Shown: piece by piece, positions 58,952 to 64,000 of the stretch
Position numbering within the stretch: position 1 is the stretch's first letter
How the letters are laid out: each line of letters begins with the position of its first letter
Assembly: GCA_918797485.1 (NCBI GenBank)
Contig: CAKKNE010000003.1
Span: forward strand, 310,001-374,000
Direction of reading: 5' to 3'
DNA: 64,000 bases
From: Pelagomonas calceolata
Taxonomy: Eukaryota
Translations under genes and position numbers: made by a program
Notes under the pieces: model-generated
The model's input: the letters and a program-made list of their open reading frames with translations, nothing else
Told to the model about the DNA's origin: nothing
Database searches by the model: none

Positions 58952-61900
58952 CTACCGCGGATAGTTACCCAAACTCTGGTACTGCCCGACGCAGTAGGCC
59001 CGCTGGATCAGTTCCCGCAACGTGCAGACCTTGCCCGTGTCCGTCTCCGCGCCGCACCGCTCGTCCCAGTGTTTTTGGGCCGTGCCCTGGACCTGCCACC
59101 CGCAGAACGCGAAGTGGTTCGAGGGAGATAAGTGGAGCTCGAAGCGCGGGTCCGCCGGATCACGTAACGACGCGTTCGCGAGCTTGAGGAGCCACGTGTC
59201 GTCAAGGTCGATCACGTCATCATCACCACCGAACATCACCAACGAGGGCGGCGCCACGGACCCCGGCGCCGCCGCGCCGCTCCGCGACGCCTCCGACGCC
59301 GCGAGGTGGTCCGCCAAGCCTTCGTCGACGTAGGCTAGAGCAGCTCGGTAGCGCGCCCGCGGCGCCGCGGGCGCCGTCGCCCTCTCGATAATCGCCTGGT
59401 GCTCGACGATGCCCTCCGCCGCGATGCCGTTGCGCGACCGCGGCGGGTGGACGATGCCGGGGTGCGGCCGCGGTTTTACGTCCACATCTCTAAACCATCG
59501 TCGGTTCACGATGTCTAGCCAATGTACCCGCCCGTCAAAGTACGATTGTGTGCCACCCGTCTCCGTGAAGCCGAAGCCGAGGCCGCCGAAGGCGTAGACG
59601 CCCCACGGTGTTAATACGGCAGCTTTTCCTAAAGGCGAGTACGCGCGCGGGTGGTCGGGTTCTGGCGTGAGCTCAGCCCAGGTATTCGTGATCAGATCGT
59701 ATCTAAATAGTGTCCGCGTCGGGTTCGGGTCCGTCGCGTTCCGCCCTCCCAGTATAAAGAGCTGGTCACCCGTGGACACGCCTAGACTACCGGCTCGGGC
59801 CGGTGGTCTCTGACCAAGACTATTGTTGACGTGCTCCCATCGATAAGTTCTCTGACAAAGCTCGAGTCTCGTGGTTAATTCCCACTCGGAGATGTTCCAG
59901 GTCGCTTTGTGCGGCCCGCCGTGGTCCGTAATTCGCAACGTCCACTTGCCGTTTGCAACCGCACCCTCGAATTCTGATAAGGAATCGACGGGTCGATACG
60001 TCCCACCGGTGCTGAACTTGGCATGATCTAGATCATCAATGGCAACCTTCGCGTCATCATCGAACTCCAGCCACTGGGGCTCGTCCCAGGCATGCTTGGT
60101 CCTCCCTCCAGTCTCCGGGTCGAAGGGGTACTCGCCCAAGGCCGACCCGTGCGCCGCCCAGCCCCATGTATTAAAAACGTCGCCATCTACACTTCGGTTG
60201 CTGAAGTCCTGCACTCGACCTTTTTCTGGCAATTGTAATTTCCTACACGGCGCCTCGTGGTCCGGCGCGAGTAACACGACGGGCCAGGAGTTGGCCACAG
60301 GTTTGTAGTAATTGGACGACCCGGACGTGGGGCCCGGTCCTAGTAATTCAATGGACAAGCTCTCGACGCAGGGGTGCTCCAACCGTATGCGCACGTCCAC
60401 ATCCCTAACGCACCACTCCTCATCAGCCGTGACGTTCACGTCGAAATGCAAAACATCAGCGTCCGGTAGATCGATGGGCTCGTCCACGGTCGAGTAAGAA
60501 GGCGTGCCGGCCCACGTCTGTATCTGCGGTTTTCCCGTATCTAATAACCATAAGTCATCATAGGCATGCGCCTGATCCGTGAATTCGTCGCGCATACCAC
60601 CGAACACGGCGATCTTGCCACCTAGTACAGTAGCGACGTGTCGTTCCCGAGGTGCTGGCCACGTCTGGTTCCGGGCCGGGAGGATGAGCTCCCACTCCAA
60701 CATACCCGTATCTAAGCGCCACAATTCGTTCGTCTCGCCCTGCCTCCTCGCACAATTGTCGTCCGCGCTCTCGTAGCCGAACCGTTCGCCCAACCGGAAC
60801 GACGCACCGACGGCGCCGTCGCACTCGTAGCCGTCGCCCGCGCCGCCGAACAGGAACGCGGCACCTAATTCATCTAAAGAAATGTTGCCGGCCTCGTACT
60901 CCTTTCGACCTCCTAATGTTGTTAACGTGTGGCCGCCGCGGCCGGAAGGTATTGTAGGCCTTGATTGGGACGGCGCGTCGCTCTCGCGCGTCGCATCGTC
61001 CGTGAGGTCATTTAACAGTCCTGTCTGGTCGCCTTTCGAGAAATGAGGAGTCTTCGCAACGGGTGATGCTCGTCCATAGCCCCCGTCCGCGTAGCGCCGC
61101 GGCACGGGGTGGACGCGCGCCCACGCGTCGGCCGGTTCCTTTCTCGTAATGACCTCGACGAACTGACCCGCGTGGGACGTGTCCGTGTGGTTCGCGCCTC
61201 TCAAACGAAAGCGATAAGTGGTATCCGGGTCCAGGCCGCCTACGGAAGCACCGCCCTGTTCAATTTTGTAGACCCCGACGAGCTGGAACTCGAGCGAGAT
61301 GCCCAGCGCCATCTCCACGTGGTATCTTTCCGCGAGGAAGGTTCTCGCAAAATCATTCATGGGCCATTGTAAGCTGACTGCGGTATGATTCGCGTCCACC
61401 ACAAACGGTTGCGGCGGCCGTTGCGCACCCCACACGTAATCTTGATGAAGCGACACGTGGGACTCGTTCACGAAAGCCGAGCCGCCCCCGCCGCCCCCCG
61501 CGTCGACGCCCGCGCCGCCGCCGCCGCCCCCGTAGAAGCCGCCTCCGCCACCGCCGCCGCCCTCCTTGCCCGCGGCGCCCTTGCCGCCCTTATATCGTAA
61601 CCCAACAGATGCGTCCTGGTCCGCGGGCTTGTCGAGCGTCTGAATCATAACCTCGCCCGTTCCTGCGTCCGTTAATACGCCCGCCGACGAGACTTCGTAG
61701 GCGCCATTTTTCCCAGGTCGGCCACCTTCCATAGCACCGCCGGTACCGCCCGTCGCTAAGGACGAATAGTCCGCGCCCGGGGCCATACCAAAATCTAAAT
61801 GTCTGTGTCGTGCCGGCTTACCTTCTAAATCTCGCGGGTCGCGCCCGTCGCGATCGTGGACCGACGTGCCACTCGGATCGCCCTCGACCGCCGAGTGCTC

Positions 61901-64000
61901 GTGGCGCCTCGCGTTGTAGGGGGCGATGTCCACGGGCGTCTCCAATCCTGGCGCCGAGCCGTTGCCTCCCACCATACCACCTCCCCCACCGCCGTGCGCG
62001 CAGCAGTAGTCCGTCGCGCCGCCGCCGCCGCCGCCGCCTGCGACCAACATCGTCTGGCCATTCAACCTCACCAGGGACATGCCGCCGCCGCCGCCGCCGC
62101 CCCACTCGCCCGCGCCGCCACTCGCACCGCCGTGCCACCCACCAACACCGGGTTTGCCTCTTACCGCTCCACCACCTCCACCCCCGACCAGGATCTCCAG
62201 CGCGTCGCCCGGCGTCACTGATAAAGAAGCCCGCGCGAAGCCGCCGCCGCCGCCGCGGCCCCAGAACCTATCGCGTTGGATGTAGTCGGTCTGCGACTCG
62301 GTCGCCCGCGACGTTTTGTTCTGCTCGCCGCGCCCGGCCCCCGCGCCGCCGCCCCCACCACCCCAGGCCTTGACGATCACGCGCCGCGCCCCGGGCCGCC
62401 CCGAATGTCGGGACGGCACGGCGTACGTCTGGGCCACGCGCGACGCGAAGAAGACCTGGCGGCTGTGCGGGATCGGATGCGCGGCGAGGCCCGTGTAGGC
62501 CGCTATCACTACTAACCCACCTCCACCATCTCCATCATTTTCTGCCGAATTCCATCCTGACACGCCGATACCTCCAACAGCGGCGCCTTGCACGTAGTCG
62601 GGGTCATTAGCTAAGGCAGGTCGGTAATCGACGGCCGTCCGCGCGTGCGACGTGCCGTCCGCGGCCCGTACTTTACTCCTTCCGGACAATTCGTAGACGC
62701 GCGCCGCGTCAGGAGTCTGGAGCCAGTCGCTCGGCTCGGACCACTCGCCTCCCTCCTCATCAACGAAGGCCCTCACGCGAACTCGGTAGTGCGTGTGCGG
62801 TTCGAGGTTGCGCACCCTTGCTTCCAGACTCTCTTTCAAAATTTCGGAAGAAGCTAACGACGTCCTCTCAATCAGAACCTCGGGGCCCTGCTCTTGCCTA
62901 TTCCATTTTTCAGACGTGCGCACGGACTCTCCCAATAATTGGGGGAACACGTTCGACGCCCTCAAGTCTTCTCCAGCGATGGCATCGGGGTCCTTGAAGT
63001 GGACGCGCCACTTGCCCGGGGATATTAACCGCACGGACACGCTCCCTTGCGACACAGCATCGAGCCCTTCCAGCGCCCGCACGACGTCGCCCGCCAGGCT
63101 CCCTCTGTGCAAATCCGTCGTGATCGTGCCCGTGTCGTAGGACCCTTTGACCGGTAGTCGCAACCGAAACGTGCCATCCACCCGACACGTCACGGTCTGG
63201 ACCTCGTCGCTCTGCGGCGTCTCCACGATGCTAATCGAGTTGTCCGCACGCTCCCACTGGTCCGGCGTGGAGAAGCCGTGGCCGCGCCAGGCCTGCGTTT
63301 CTAGGGAGAAGCGCCGCGCGTTCGTCGTGCCCGCCGCGGCCGGCAGCCACCGGACCTGCATCTCGTCTCCATCGAGTTCCAAAGCGGGCTTCGAGGGCGG
63401 CGGCGGCCGCGCGTCGCGCGTCACGTGGCCCGGCGGCGAGGCGCCCGACCAGGCACTCAAACCGGCCGCATTTCTCGCGCGGACACGTGCGACAACTTTT
63501 CGCTCCACATCCAAATCATCAATGGTCCGGGCCGCCCAGCCGCTCTCGTCGGCGGTCACTCTTCCCCCATCCAACCAGGTGTCGTCTCCCTCATACTTGT
63601 ACTGCACATCAAAAGCCGCCGCCGGCGCGGCGAACTCGGACTCCGTCTGGTCGGGCCGCGACGCGTATAGAGTGGCCGATCCTTGCCTGAACCGGGCGTC
63701 GCTCGGCACGGCCCAGACCGGCGCGATTGGTCTAGGAGGCGGCTCGACGGCGTCCAGGCGTCTATATGAAGACGGCTGCGAGGGCGGCGACCAGCCCGCC
63801 GCGTTGTGGGCCGAGATGCGAAAAGCATACAACCCGCCCGGTCTTTTCAAATTCTCGGCCCGATACGTACATAAAGGTGGGGGTGGCATGGGCTTATCAA
63901 AGTCGTGGCCCAGGTTCAGCTCGTGGTAGTTCCACTCGGCCGACCCGCACGGCTGGTAGTTCGACGCGCGCCAGACCTCGATACCGGCGCCGGGCCCCGA
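58952..64000 (-). CDS. Very large protein with FN3 repeats, a glycine-rich domain, Kelch repeats and an inserted proprotein-convertase P-like domain; 5' part lies beyond the window
   Basis: FN3 motifs (Y.FRI.A.N..GWS, LEPHTHYRVRVRA, LDPDTTYRFRLRG); GGGGG runs; Kelch motifs (FLFGG..NELW, AVFGG..DDLW); V.IRLEHP...L.IEL..GKWTLRITD. The frame is open to 64000. Confidence 0.8.
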   Translation of the reverse strand, partial: SGPGAGIEVWRASNYQPCGSAEWNYHELNLGHDFDKPMPPPPLCTYRAENLKRPGGLYAFRISAHNAAGWSPPSQPSSYRRLDAVEPPPRPIAPVWAVPSDARFRQGSATLYASRPDQTESEFAAPAAAFDVQYKYEGDDTWLDGGRVTADESGWAARTIDDLDVERKVVARVRARNAAGLSAWSGASPPGHVTRDARPPPPSKPALELDGDEMQVRWLPAAAGTTNARRFSLETQAWRGHGFSTPDQWERADNSISIVETPQSDEVQTVTCRVDGTFRLRLPVKGSYDTGTITTDLHRGSLAGDVVRALEGLDAVSQGSVSVRLISPGKWRVHFKDPDAIAGEDLRASNVFPQLLGESVRTSEKWNRQEQGPEVLIERTSLASSEILKESLEARVRNLEPHTHYRVRVRAFVDEEGGEWSEPSDWLQTPDAARVYELSGRSKVRAADGTSHARTAVDYRPALANDPDYVQGAAVGGIGVSGWNSAENDGDGGGGLVVIAAYTGLAAHPIPHSRQVFFASRVAQTYAVPSRHSGRPGARRVIVKAWGGGGGGAGAGRGEQNKTSRATESQTDYIQRDRFWGRGGGGGFARASLSVTPGDALEILVGGGGGGAVRGKPGVGGWHGGASGGAGEWGGGGGGGMSLVRLNGQTMLVAGGGGGGGATDYCCAHGGGGGGMVGGNGSAPGLETPVDIAPYNARRHEHSAVEGDPSGTSVHDRDGRDPRDLEGKPARHRHLDFGMAPGADYSSLATGGTGGAMEGGRPGKNGAYEVSSAGVLTDAGTGEVMIQTLDKPADQDASVGLRYKGGKGAAGKEGGGGGGGGFYGGGGGGAGVDAGGGGGGSAFVNESHVSLHQDYVWGAQRPPQPFVVDANHTAVSLQWPMNDFARTFLAERYHVEMALGISLEFQLVGVYKIEQGGASVGGLDPDTTYRFRLRGANHTDTSHAGQFVEVITRKEPADAWARVHPVPRRYADGGYGRASPVAKTPHFSKGDQTGLLNDLTDDATRESDAPSQSRPTIPSGRGGHTLTTLGGRKEYEAGNISLDELGAAFLFGGAGDGYECDGAVGASFRLGERFGYESADDNCARRQGETNELWRLDTGMLEWELILPARNQTWPAPRERHVATVLGGKIAVFGGMRDEFTDQAHAYDDLWLLDTGKPQIQTWAGTPSYSTVDEPIDLPDADVLHFDVNVTADEEWCVRDVDVRIRLEHPCVESLSIELLGPGPTSGSSNYYKPVANSWPVVLLAPDHEAPCRKLQLPEKGRVQDFSNRSVDGDVFNTWGWAAHGSALGEYPFDPETGGRTKHAWDEPQWLEFDDDAKVAIDDLDHAKFSTGGTYRPVDSLSEFEGAVANGKWTLRITDHGGPHKATWNISEWELTTRLELCQRTYRWEHVNNSLGQRPPARAGSLGVSTGDQLFILGGRNATDPNPTRTLFRYDLITNTWAELTPEPDHPRAYSPLGKAAVLTPWGVYAFGGLGFGFTETGGTQSYFDGRVHWLDIVNRRWFRDVDVKPRPHPGIVHPPRSRNGIAAEGIVEHQAIIERATAPAAPRARYRAALAYVDEGLADHLAASEASRSGAAAPGSVAPPSLVMFGGDDDVIDLDDTWLLKLANASLRDPADPRFELHLSPSNHFAFCGWQVQGTAQKHWDERCGAETDTGKVCTLRELIQRAYCVGQYQSLGNYPR

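Overview
Very gene-dense, GC-rich eukaryotic nuclear DNA with about 35 protein genes in 64 kb. Secondary-plastid-type signal peptides, flagellar genes and ~200-nt TIR/TSD introns suggest a stramenopile alga, most likely a pelagophyte (Pelagomonas/Aureococcus-like); this assignment is inference. Recognisable genes include SMC1, a myosin with a C-terminal SAM domain, FIP1, TSG101, TPI, RPA3, a PPIL6-like cyclophilin, a CDF zinc transporter, DHQ synthase II, a mitochondrial-carrier protein and a dynein light chain. I reconstructed 14 introns by hand; most restore conserved protein motifs, the others restore the reading frame. Several are clear Introner elements: non-autonomous DNA transposons with ~15-bp TIRs and an 8-bp target-site duplication that supplies the splice donor. 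They occur in both orientations and at several stages of decay. The most unusual proteins are: (i) a putatively myristoylated RelA/SpoT-like nucleotidyltransferase fused to 12 TPRs with hypervariable surface positions, an NLR-like architecture; (ii) a TDP2-like phosphodiesterase fused to a PNKP-type DNA 3'-phosphatase, visible only after splicing; (iii) a ZnF-TruA-2OG oxygenase-FkbM methyltransferase fusion; (iv) an SR-rich protein with three CysRS anticodon-binding-like repeats and a SAP domain. No rRNA, tRNA or CRISPR array was seen. All domain calls come from reading motifs, not from database searches.
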